Origin: an uncultured Acidobacteriota bacterium
GTDB taxonomy: Bacteria > Acidobacteriota > Blastocatellia > RBC074
DNA: 64,000 bases
Direction: 5' to 3'
NCBI GenBank assembly: GCA_963796275.1
Contig: CAWCKY010000001.1
Coordinates: 512,001-576,000, forward strand
In this document: piece after piece, positions 1-10,372 of the stretch
Layout of the letters: each line of letters opens with the position of its first letter
Position numbering within the stretch: position 1 is the first letter of the stretch
The notes under the pieces: model-generated
What the model was told of the DNA's origin: nothing
Database searches by the model: none
What the model saw: the letters and a program-made list of their open reading frames with translations, nothing else
Program-made: the position numbers and the translations under genes

Positions 1-73
1 CGCCAATCGGCCGGGCGTTCTCGGATAGTTTCAATTGTTTGGGCATCGAGCAGAAAACACGCGGCGCGGAAGG

Positions 74-1273
74 TTAAGGCCGTTTGGCAGGTGGCTCAAC
101 GCTTATTTGAGTCTGGGCCTTGATCCATAAAACAGGCTGGCGTATGAAGAAATTGCGAACCACCTCTTCGACCGCCGAATCGGCTTTCAAGGTCTTCCAC
201 AATTCGATGTAATCCCTTTTGTTATACTCCTCTCCTGCAAAGAGCACGCTGCAGTGGCGCATCGGCCATTCCTGGTCGTACATCACGTCGGGCTTGAGCG
301 GCCAACTTTTTTTGTCGCGGACGTAGGGCGTCATAAACGCCATCGCTTTCCTCATTCCGCGTCCATCAGGAAGCTCGAACGTCCACAGATTGTCATCCGG
401 CGTCGATAGAATCCGGCAGATCGTCGCCATCGCATCGAGGTTGAAGAGCGCGTAACCATAGGGCTTGGTGCGCCGCATCTCCTGCGGGAAGCTGCCATCT
501 GCAGCCATCTGATTCGGCACGAGAACCTTTCTAAATCGATCGCGTGAATAGTCGATCAATTCACGATTTCCGGTCAGGCGTGCGAATGCGGCCACCTGCA
601 TCACCCAGCAGGTGCCGTGGTTGTTTTTCGCCTCTCGTTCATCGATCCCGTACTGATGCGTCGTCATCCAGGTGAGGTATTCAGCGAACCATTGCTTGAT
701 CCCTGTCAATTCAGCTTTCGACAAAGCATTCGAGCCTTGGAGTAGTTCGATTGCGCGCGCTACCTCGACCAGATGAATCGTGTCGATGATGCCGATGCCG
801 CGACCCGTCACACGCCCCTTGATAGCCTGAGCGAATTTCAGGTGCGGAGTCATCCGCGTCTCCTCGTTCAAAAACCAGGAGCGCAGATGCTCGGCGGCGT
901 GTGCGGCATAACGTTTATCCCCGGTCAGCTTCCATCCCGCAACCAGCGCCGGAACCAGGACGCTCAACCGCATCAGGTAGCGGCGGTGATCGGTGAAGTT
1001 ATCTGGATTGGTCATCCCGTCGCGCTGGATGTAGGGCCCATCGGGATTCTGCGGATCAGGCCACCAGTAATCTCCCTCTGAGAAGAAATCGTGCCGCCCA
1101 CCGGCGCTGCGCGGGCTGCTGGAAGCCAAAATCGTGAGCGGCGCCTCAGTCAGATATTGATTCGCAGCCTTAACCACTCGGTCACGGTCAAATCTCGCCA
1201 GGTCGATTTTCTGCATCGCAGCCGAACCTACTGGTAAGAGAAACGCAACGCCTAACAATAGTGAACGAATCAT
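74..1273 (-). CDS. Secreted alginate-lyase-family (PF05426-like) polysaccharide lyase
   Basis: Signal peptide; motifs DFFSEGDYWWPDP, GRGIGIID, KNNHGT, EMRRTKPYGYALFNL; GAGGAG RBS upstream. Confidence 0.8.
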   Translation of the reverse strand: MIRSLLLGVAFLLPVGSAAMQKIDLARFDRDRVVKAANQYLTEAPLTILASSSPRSAGGRHDFFSEGDYWWPDPQNPDGPYIQRDGMTNPDNFTDHRRYLMRLSVLVPALVAGWKLTGDKRYAAHAAEHLRSWFLNEETRMTPHLKFAQAIKGRVTGRGIGIIDTIHLVEVARAIELLQGSNALSKAELTGIKQWFAEYLTWMTTHQYGIDEREAKNNHGTCWVMQVAAFARLTGNRELIDYSRDRFRKVLVPNQMAADGSFPQEMRRTKPYGYALFNLDAMATICRILSTPDDNLWTFELPDGRGMRKAMAFMTPYVRDKKSWPLKPDVMYDQEWPMRHCSVLFAGEEYNKRDYIELWKTLKADSAVEEVVRNFFIRQPVLWIKAQTQISVEPPAKRP

Positions 1274-1290
1274 ACGTCTCCTCAGTAAAT

Positions 1291-1370
1291 AGTTTTCAGT
1301 TTTCAGTTTTCAGTTTTCAGCAATCATTTGTCTCGATCGCTAACTAAAAACTAAAAACTGAAAACTGAAA
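1291..1370 (-). repeat. Inverted pair of heptamer tandem arrays (AGTTTTC)x4 and (RAAAACT)n forming a hairpin
   Basis: 1291-1320 is four copies of AGTTTTC; 1342-1370 reads AACT-AAAAACT-AAAAACT-GAAAACT-GAAA. Confidence 0.85.
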
Positions 1371-1383
1371 TATATGAATCTGA

Positions 1384-2646
1384 TTAAACCGAATCGCTCT
1401 TCGCCTGCGGTGAGGGCATCTCCTCTTCCGTCGGGCCGTCCTTCCATTGACGAGCCCAGGCCGGCAGCGAATCCTCGGGATAAGGCGTCACCCGGTGCGG
1501 CGTGATGTGCCGTCGCAGCGTCTTTAAAGCCTTGTCGAGCGCCTCGACGAAGAAATACTCGCCGAACATGACGGCTTCGTGCACGCCCAGGTTTTTATGG
1601 ATGTGATATACGCCGCCGTTCAAAACGCCCTCAAAGCCCTCTGTCAGACTGCCCAGATATTTTTCGGAGAGGGTGCGCAAAGAAGTCAACGCGAAATCGC
1701 GATAAGCGCGCGCTCTGGCGGTGTCAGGGGCGACGGTGGCCAGGTCAAGCAATCCTGAAGCCGCGATGGCGCACGCGGAAGTGTCCACCTGTGTGCGGGC
1801 GAGTGGCCCGGTCTCCGGCGCATCGTAATCCCACCAAGTTACGCCGTCCCTTGGTGTATTCTCCAGGTAATAGCCGGCATTGAGCATCGCCGTTTCCAGA
1901 TACTCGGCCCGCCCGGTCTGCAAATAAGAGCGTGTGAAACCGTATAGTGACCAGGCCAGTCCGCGGCTCCAGCACGAATCGCCGCGATATCCCTGATGCG
2001 TCGACTGTCTCAAACATTGCCCCGTTTCAGTATCGAAGATCGCCTCGTGCGACGTAGAACCGTCGGCGCGTACCAATGTGCGCCGTGTCGTCAGACAGTG
2101 TTTATGCGCAATATCGAGCAGCCGCTCGTCGCCTGTTTTGATGCCCGCATAGAAGATCGTCCCGACGTTCATCATGATGTCTATGAAGAGCGAGGCTGGT
2201 TCGACGAACGAACGCAGATACTGCCCCTTCTCCATAAAGCGCATCGCCATCGTTTTGCCGGCCTGAGTCAGCACTGGCTCTATGCGTTCGGTTTTGCCGC
2301 CTGAATTCAGCCAGCGCAGATAGGTCGAAAAGAAGAGAAACCCGAGATCGTGAACTGCCCGATCGTATTGTCGCTCTTCCAGCGGTGTGGCGTATGCGGC
2401 CGCCTTGTCGATCCAGAAGCTTTCGCCCGTCGCTTCAGCGAAGATGAACATCATCCCGGGATAAAACCCGTCGCACCAGTGCGTCCAGCGTTTGCGGTCC
2501 TGACCGAATCGACCCGCGACTGTGTACATCGGGTAGTAATCGGATGGATATTTCTCCAGCAGCGATTTCACCTGACTTTGTGCGAAATCGAAGGCAGTCT
2601 GCAGCGTAACGCGGAGCGCCTCCTGTTCCGGCATCGAATTTGGCAT
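1384..2646 (-). CDS. GH88 unsaturated glucuronyl hydrolase
   Basis: Motifs [51 protein letters not shown]. Confidence 0.88.
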   Translation of the reverse strand: MPNSMPEQEALRVTLQTAFDFAQSQVKSLLEKYPSDYYPMYTVAGRFGQDRKRWTHWCDGFYPGMMFIFAEATGESFWIDKAAAYATPLEERQYDRAVHDLGFLFFSTYLRWLNSGGKTERIEPVLTQAGKTMAMRFMEKGQYLRSFVEPASLFIDIMMNVGTIFYAGIKTGDERLLDIAHKHCLTTRRTLVRADGSTSHEAIFDTETGQCLRQSTHQGYRGDSCWSRGLAWSLYGFTRSYLQTGRAEYLETAMLNAGYYLENTPRDGVTWWDYDAPETGPLARTQVDTSACAIAASGLLDLATVAPDTARARAYRDFALTSLRTLSEKYLGSLTEGFEGVLNGGVYHIHKNLGVHEAVMFGEYFFVEALDKALKTLRRHITPHRVTPYPEDSLPAWARQWKDGPTEEEMPSPQAKSDSV

Positions 2647-2663
2647 TTAAGTTTTCCTCCTAT

Positions 2664-3136
2664 TACCAACTATTACTGATCTCGAATGTTTTATCGTCCC
2701 ATAATCAACAATTACCGCCGTAGCGTCCGCAAAGGTAGTGCGTTCCTCGCGATAGATTTTTTATCCAGGAACTCGTGCCCGGTCATCTCCGCCAGGGCCA
2801 GCCTCTCGTGCAATGCCGCCATCTGGCGGATCAATCCCAGATTCTTATCCAACTCGCTATTGAGATCTACCACCTGCGGCAGGCCGCCATTCAAAAGTCC
2901 ATAAAGTATGTTTTTGCATATCGGCGGTCCGGTACGGCGTGATAATAGCGTCATGATAGACCAGGTTGAAGAGCGGCACGGTGCACATTAGGCGGGTCCC
3001 GAGCGGCGAATAGATTTTCGAGTAGGGAAACCGTCCAATCGCAGAGGCTTCAGTGCCGACGCCCCCCGGATTATTGCGTGTCCAATTCTAACAAAGCGTA
3101 CGAGCGTTGATCGCGTCAGAGCGCGTGACCGGATGC
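2664..3136 (-). pseudogene. C-terminal remnant of a GH129/DUF5696-like glycoside hydrolase
   Basis: Manual translation across frames gives HPVTRSDAINARTLC*, DWTV, VPLFNLVYHDAII, LYGLLNGG, LHERLALAEMTGHEFL, ERTTFADAT; in-frame stop, several frameshifts, no 5' part. Confidence 0.65.
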
Positions 3137-3143
3137 CGACAAC

Positions 3144-3949
3144 TCATTTGCAAACAAGCAGCCTGGCCGAACGCGGCGGCATATCTGCGATCTTCATGCT
3201 GCCTTCGTGACGGCCCAGGTCTTCACCATTCCAGAAATCTGTGACCTTACAGGCTCGGGGCAGAGGGAATGAAATCGTTTGCGGTTCATCGCCAGCGCCA
3301 ATCTATCCAACAGCTCTGCGCGGTCATGGCCTGAGCGAAAGGTGAACTCTTCCAACTCCCAGACCTCGCCCGGTTTCAGTTCCATATCTTCGGTGTCAAC
3401 TACGACTTGCAGTGAGTACGGGCGCAGGTAGAACTGCCCCGCGAAGCGGCGACATGAAGTGAAGGCCAACAGCTGGTTGCCTCCTTCGGGTGCCGCCAGC
3501 GTCATCAAACCGTAAAAGACCTGCGCACCTTGCGGCTGGGGCATCTTATAGTGCTTGGCGTCAGTGTAATTGCCCAGATCGATCGGTTTCCCCGTGACGC
3601 CGCCCGTCTGGCTCAACATCTGGAAGCCTTCGCCATAGAGGCTGGTGGTTGGCGGTAGATCGAGCTTTAGATCGAAGAGCACGACTTCTTTAATCCGCAT
3701 CGCGTCCTTACCGCGATTGATCAACCGGGTGCGGCAGAGTGGCCCGCGCCATTGCCTGATCAATTGTATCTGTTTGATGTCATCGTCTCCGGCCGGCACT
3801 ACGGCGCCGGGTGCGGATGTGAAGGAACGCCGATCTAGACTCTTAATTTTTCCCGCCTGTGCCAGACCGATGTCGGGCATTGCCGCGATCAACGGCGCGG
3901 CCAATGTGAGGTTAAGGACTTCGCGGCGCGTCATTTTTCTGGTTTTCAT
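3144..3949 (-). pseudogene. GH36-like alpha-galactosidase with an internal deletion of the catalytic domain
   Basis: Tat signal MTRREVL and N-terminal domain to ~3282, then an out-of-frame C-terminal segment QTISFPLPRACKVTDFWNGEDLGRHEG...RSARLLVCK*; no WCSW catalytic-barrel motif. Confidence 0.7.
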
Positions 3950-4110
3950 TTGAATTGAATTCTTTCTCCAAACTTCGGTCGCGGCTCTCCATGAATCAAG
4001 GAGCGTTAGGGCAAACTTCCGCGGTTGTGAGTGGGCGACGAATGACCGGCGCGGTCGAGCAGCGGTCTCGACCGGCAATTGAAAACTGAAAACCGAAAAC
4101 TTTCATCATT

Positions 4111-6877
4111 TCAGTCTTTATGGCTCCCTTGACTCTTCGGCACCGAAACAGTGACCGTTCTGGTGCTCGCGTTACCGTATGCATCGCGGCTTTCAACTGT
4201 GATCGTGTAGATCCGGCCTTTTCCATTACCCAGGCGTTCAGCCCTAAGATTGAGAGTTAGTTTGCCGGTTATCTCCCAATCAAGTGCAGTTTTGCGGTCA
4301 TTAACGCCCATTACCGGCTCGTTGCTCGTAACCGAAACTATATGCGTTGCCGGTGCAGGGATCTGCGGCATCATTTATTTGGGGAGTCAACGAGACAGGA
4401 ACCATCTTATGGTTTGGCGGCCAGAGTATATCCGGCGACGCAGTTAGGCTTTGGAATACAGGCGCAGTCGTGTCTCGCACCGTAACCCGGAAGCTGGCCG
4501 CCGCTTCGTTACCCTGAAAATCCCTGGCGGTAGCGGTAACCGCGGTGGAACCGATAGCAAAGGTGCTTCCCGATGGATGGCTGAGGGTGAGAGCAACCGG
4601 TCCATCTTTGTTGTCCGTCGCGCTCGCCTCGAAGGCCACGGCAGCGCCGTTTGGCCCGGTCGCTTCGACCGTCAGATCGCCCGGAATTACAATCCCCGGC
4701 GCCGTGACATCTTGGACGAGCGAGAACCGGTCCGCCGCGATCCCAAACGAACCGGCCGCGGGATTCTTGCCGATCACAGTCAACCTGATAATGTGATCGC
4801 CTGGAGTGCTGAACCTCACGGTACCGAAGTTACTCTCAGGGAAGATGCTCGTTCCGGTGCGGAACTGATCCTGCGGCGTACCGATGACTACACCATCGAC
4901 GCTCAAAGTATGGATGCCGCGGTTGGGATGAGTCTTGTACTTCAATACCACATCGTAAGTTCCAGCGGCGACGTCGCTCAGCGTATACTCGATCCAGTCG
5001 CCAACCGCTCCCATCGGAAACGCTATCCATTGCCCGTTGCTGGCATTCGCATCGTTCTCGATGACTCTAGGTGGACCGGAGGTCGCGAGCGGGATGGCTT
5101 CCGCCTCGTAATGGAGGCCGGGCGGAAGCGGCGTTGGCGTGGGTGCGGGCGTTGGCGTCGGCAGCGGGCGAGGCGGACTCGGCAGAGATGGCATGGATGT
5201 ATATCCGATATTCGCCAGAGCCGCATCACCGAGGCGGTCGCGGAGCTGCTGTAGATAGAGGCTGCTGGGGAGCACCGGGGTGCCGAACAGCTCGAACTCG
5301 CCGTCGCCCTGTCTCCTGTGAGCCTGGCTGCCAATCGCCCAGTTGCGCGCGCCCGGCGGGCTTGCGACGCGATGCGTATCGCCTACGATATTCCAGAAGA
5401 GTTGGTAAGCTCCCGACCATCCGTGGCCGCTGCCTGAATTGCCGCGGTTGTACGTACCGATGATCTGCCCCCCATTGAAGCTTTCGTGACGGATGAGATC
5501 GAAGAGCGATCCGGTCGCCCACCGGTGGTGCGGCCCCAGCTCAGAGAACGACTGCTCGCCGCGGCTGTCGAGGAAGACGTTCGGCCCCGGTGTGTTGCTG
5601 CCGGTGACATAGTCGTGCCGGCCGGTCTTCGCGTTGCAGCGCATTACCAGCACGAATGAGCAGTCATCGAGGCTGAACGGGTAACGACGGCCCCCGGTAA
5701 TCTGCGACTTATGATCCAGTGAAGAGCTGTCCTGTACCGTAACGTATTTCGCTCCGGAGCCCACAAGCACCGTTCCTTGCTCAAAATAGACCGATGTCGC
5801 ATGGCGAACCCATGCGTTTTCTACGTTGGCGAGCGAGATCATCCGGACGGCATGATTCTCATCGGTATCAGAAACGAAATCCGATTCGGACCGCAGTTGC
5901 TCGATACCGCAATTCGCGATCCGGCCCGGAAACTGGTACTTCGCGACGTATCCTCCGCCGAACTCTGCCTGAATTGCCTCAACCACCGGAGCATCGATGG
6001 TGAGCTGATTGCCGCTGACCGCCGTGACTCTGCGCTCGTAGCGCATGATGCGGGAGTTCGGAGTCCAATGATCCGCCGAGATGCATGTCGAACCGTTCAC
6101 GTCGGTCGTGTCGTAGACAGTCCCCACAGTAGAGCAAGCGTCCATGCCGACGAAATCGATCCATTCCTGATTGGGCGTGCGGACGAGCAGGATGTCGTCG
6201 CCCGCGCTAAATCCGGCGGCGTCCGCAACGGTGATGATATGTGTGCCGACCGGCAGGTAAGTATCGGTGATCGTCTTACTGGTTCCGGCCACTTCGGCGC
6301 GATTGCCCACACCCGCAATTTCAATAACTGTGCGGCGGGCCGTGCCTGTGGCCTTTATGATAGAACCATCGGTTCCATCCCCCTCTCCACGCAAGATCAC
6401 TCCGCTCGCGCTGATCCTGACCGTTCCCCCAACCTCGTAAGTTCCAGATTTGAGCAGGATCGCGCCGCGAAAGCCGCGCGAGTCAGGTGTGAGAGCGCTG
6501 ACTTCATCTATGGCGGCCTGGATATTGGGGCCGTCATCACCATCGATAGGGGTTACCGTCTTCACAACTGAAACGTCGGGCAGCGTAACGCCGCCGCCGC
6601 CGTAGCCGGCATTGGAGAAGTCCGGGATCGTGTCTCCGTTAGGGTAGGGGATATAGACCAGCCTGCCATCGACCCCCAGATAAACATGCTGACTCTGAGG
6701 CGCCTGCCCCCTGGAAACACCAAGTGCAAATAGAATCCCCAGAGAGATACAAAATCCCAGGGTTACCAGTGGTTTTCTTGATTTGAGCAAAGCTGTGCAA
6801 GAGCTCATGGCATTCCTTTCATGTAAGAAGCAGACGAGAACTCTCATCCCGATTGTCGGGGTAATATCCCATCCCAT
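4111..6877 (-). CDS. Secreted modular protein: pectate-lyase-like beta-helix, Pro/Thr linker, CBM6/35-like, HYR and C-terminal domains; +1 frameshift at ~4359
   Basis: Motifs IPDFSNAGYGGG, GPHHRWATG, NRGNSGSGHGW; PTPTPAPTPTP linker; YEAE; LWPPNHKMV continues into ORF 4111..4374 (RAERLGNGKGRIYTIT) if one G of 4358-4360 is removed; exact start uncertain. Confidence 0.7.
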
Positions 6878-7091
6878 CCTATTTCTTCTATTTGTGACTA
6901 CTTATGAGGGTACTTCCGTCAAAGTTTAGAAACATATCAAAACTAGATTTACAGAAGCGATTGTAAAGCTGATAAGTTCGATTTGAAGCCTTGAAATGGC
7001 TTCAAGGAACTTTTTAAAACGCTATCGGCATGTCTGATCACGCCGGGTTCTTAGCGAACAAGATCGTGTGAGAACGTCATCAGAATATAGT

Positions 7092-7286
7092 TCAGAATCT
7101 GATTCGCATCACCACCGGAATGACCGCGCCGGCAGGATCGGTCACTGCGCCGGTTATCACACCTGACCTTATCTCCCCGAATGCCGGGTTGCTCAGGATC
7201 AGCGCAAGCCCAAGGCATTCCCCCAAAATTATTGTTTCGGCCTTTATCACAGGTTTAACTACCGACATATCCATACCCCGATCCAT
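7092..7286 (-). pseudogene. N-terminal stub of a TonB-dependent receptor
   Basis: Signal-like segment, then GVITGAVTDPAGAVIP (start of the carboxypeptidase-regulatory-like domain), then an abrupt end. Confidence 0.6.
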
Positions 7287-7920
7287 TCAATTTCCGGCGC
7301 CCAGATCGAGCCGAATAACCGAAGCCAAATCGCTCGGAGCCCTCTCCGGAAGCTGCAAAACCAATTTTCCATCCGCCTGTGTGAACTTCAGCCCTCTGCG
7401 TTGCGGGTCGGATAGCAGATAGGCTTTCATGACCTTATCCTTCATGCCTTCCACCGAGAACTCTTTCGTCCAGGTGAAGAGGTGGATGTATATCCGGCCG
7501 GGCTTGGCCGTCGCGCGCCATTCTTTCGCCTGTTCGAAGACCGGCTGTCCGCGCTGATCTTTGTTCGTCTCGCTCGCTTTACCGAATTCCGCTCCGAATG
7601 GAGTCGGTCTTGCGCCGTAGATCGCCTCGCCATTCACCTTCAGCCATTGCCCGACCTTGCGCAGGATATCCACGCTTGGCTGCGGAATGACGCCTTCGGC
7701 AGTGGGACCGACGTTGAGCAGGTAATTTCCGCCCTTGCTCACAATGTCAACGAGTTTAAATACGATCTCTGCTGGCGGTTTCCAGTCTTGGTCGTAGCTC
7801 TTATAGCCCCACGTATGGTTGATCGTCGCCGGCACTTCCCAGACGCCGGGGACGACCTGATCGGGGATGCGGTTGTCGCCCGTCGAACGGTAGTCACCCT
7901 TGCCGCCGAGACGGCCGCTG
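7287..7920 (-). pseudogene. C-terminal part of a GH29 alpha-L-fucosidase
   Basis: SGRLGGKGDYRSTGDNRIP..WEVPATINHTWGY..DIVSKGGNYLLNVGP..WLKVNGEAIYG; 5' part replaced by receptor sequence. Confidence 0.8.
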
Positions 7921-10135
7921 TGCCGATCGGCGGCATGCCGGTGGTGCAGTATGGGCGATAGAGCACCGGCGCATTGGCGGGATTGAAGAGCGCCGGATCG
8001 AAGTTCGAGGCATCATCAAGACGCTGACGCCACTGTGAATACCAGCCCATTCGCAATCCGAAGTTCAGACTGACCCGCGCGTTCACTTTCCACTGGTCCT
8101 GTACATACCATTGCGCGAGCATCCTCTCGAGGTCCGTATGGGGACGGGCAGATGACTCGGAATAACCCCTGAAACTGCCGATGAGAGCGTTCGCATATGG
8201 ATGGCCTGTATTTCCGAGGGCGGCGGAGTAATTGCCGTCGTTGCTGCTGAAGTTGAATGTCCCGGACCAGTTGCCTCCCGGAGCCTCACCATTCCGCAGA
8301 CGCTCGATATAGACGCCCATCTTGTAATTGTGATTGCCTCGATTGATCGTGAGATTATTTGAGATCGACGGGAGGACATAATCCTCACCGACCTCACCCC
8401 AGCGATCGAGCCAGTTAATATTGGCTACCGTCGTGTTGGAAAAGCCGCCCCAACCGGTAGCTCGCGGGATCGTGCCGAGCGTATTGTTGCCGGGAAATAG
8501 TTGGGGTGCTGTGTAGTTCAGCGTGCTCCTGGCGAGACGCTCTACCTCGCCATCGGACGGAATGAAACCTTCTGAACTATGACGCAAGCCGACCGATACT
8601 TCGTTGACAACAGTCGGGCTGAAAATCCGTACCCAGTTGAACACTACGCCATCATCCTGGTACAGGTAATGCGAGTTGATCCCCCACCTATTATTGCCCC
8701 CGCCTGGCCATCCGGAAGTGTCGAACCCCTCATTATCTGATGTCCACGTCGATAGATTCACGTAGAAACTGTTTTTCTCCGTAGGTTTGAAATCAACGCG
8801 CATGACCTGGCTCAATTTCGGCACGTCAACGCTCTTCTGAACAACATAATTGTAGAAGTCCCCGGTCGCGATGCGGCCGTTCAGTGCATTTGGTAAAGGG
8901 AAGAAATTCAGCAGCGCCACACCGCTCTGATTCAACCGGTCGCGCGGAATTATATTTAAGCCCTGCGGGTTGTCCGGAGTCGCGCGCGAAGGATCGCGAA
9001 AACACGCCGTCTGATCGGTTGAAGTGCAATTTCCCGACAAAAGAGGATCGCGCACGAAAGCTTTGTTTGGGACCCCGCTCGAAGAAAGCGATCTAAATGA
9101 CTGCGAGAAATCGCCCTGTCGCTCACGTTCAGTGGGCACCGTCACAAATTTGGCGCTCTGTGGTGTAATCGTGTGAGGGCGCTCCAGTGAATAGAAGAAG
9201 AAGAGATGCTTCTTCTCTCTGTTGGGATACAGCAACGGCACGCGGACCGGCCCGCCGAAGTTGAAGCCCCAGATGTTATGCCGGTAGAGTCCCCTGGGCA
9301 GACCCACTTTATTATTGAAAAACTCATTGGCATTGAGCGCTTCATTGCGGAGGAAGTAGTAACCACTGCCGTTATAATCCTGCTTACCGCTCTTGGTGAC
9401 TATATTGATGTGAGCGCCGCCCTGGTTACCATACTCTGCCGCATAGTTATTGCGCAGAACCTTGACCTCTTCGACAGCGTCCTGGTTGATGGTCAGGCTC
9501 AACTTGTTGGAACCGCTCACGTCGTTGCCCATCAAGCCATTGACCGAAGCGATATTGGATCGCCCGCGTTGTCCCGAGACGTTGGGCAGATCGGTGCCGA
9601 AGCCTTCACCCACGGATTCGACGTCATCTACATAGGAGACTCCGGGTAGCAAACGCAAGAGAGAAGTGACGTCGCGCCCTTTCGTCGAGATCAGGCTGAT
9701 CTGATCGGAGGTCAGTCGCGCTGTAAGATCGCTGCCCTCCTTCTCAATCACAGCGCCTTCCGCCACCGTGGTGACTACTTCACTCACCTGGCCTACCTCC
9801 ATTATCAGCTTGCCCAACGCTAGATGTTCATTGGCGCTCAGGATGGTGTTCTTGCGCTCGAACCCGCGAAACCCCGAGGCATCTATTCTGATCGTATAAA
9901 CGCCTGGTTGCATTGCCGGTAGGCTGAAATCGCCCACCTCATTGGTAGTGGAAGTGCGCACGCTCCCATTTCGCTCGTCGAGGACCTTGACCCTGGCTCC
10001 GGTTATGACCTTGTCCGCTGCATCGAAGACCGTGCCTGTTATCGTTCCCGTGACCGTCTGGGCGAAAGAGAGAGTGAAAGTGATCAGCGTGCATATCAAC
10101 ACGCACAGAATGAAACGTAGTCTGTTGCTAGACAT
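7921..10135 (-). pseudogene. Oar-type TonB-dependent receptor truncated by deletion
   Basis: Signal peptide, TGTITGTV, NNYAAEYG, LRNEALNANEFFNN, WYVQDQWKV; C-terminal barrel strands absent, reading frame runs into fucosidase DNA. Confidence 0.8.
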
Positions 10136-10263
10136 GGGAGATCTCCAATTGAAGCCGGTTCTTGCATTGAATTGAGTAGACCTTTCCCGGACGTCATAAA
10201 ACGTGGGTGAAAGGCTGTTTTGCCCGAAATTATTGAGGAGTGTGCGGAATTCAGAAGCGGGGA

Positions 10264-10346
10264 TTCACCACAAAAAAAAGCATGACAGGGAAGCAGCAGA
10301 TGTCGCTTTATGTCCTTTGATCTCTTTATCTGATCTGTGTGGTGAA
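10264..10346. repeat. Degenerate REP/MITE-like element with 9-bp inverted ends TTCACCACA/TGTGGTGAA
   Basis: Inverted ends at 10264-10272 and 10338-10346 with purine-rich left and pyrimidine-rich right halves. Confidence 0.45.
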
Positions 10347-10372
10347 CTTAGTCCCGATTCACGCACTATTTT

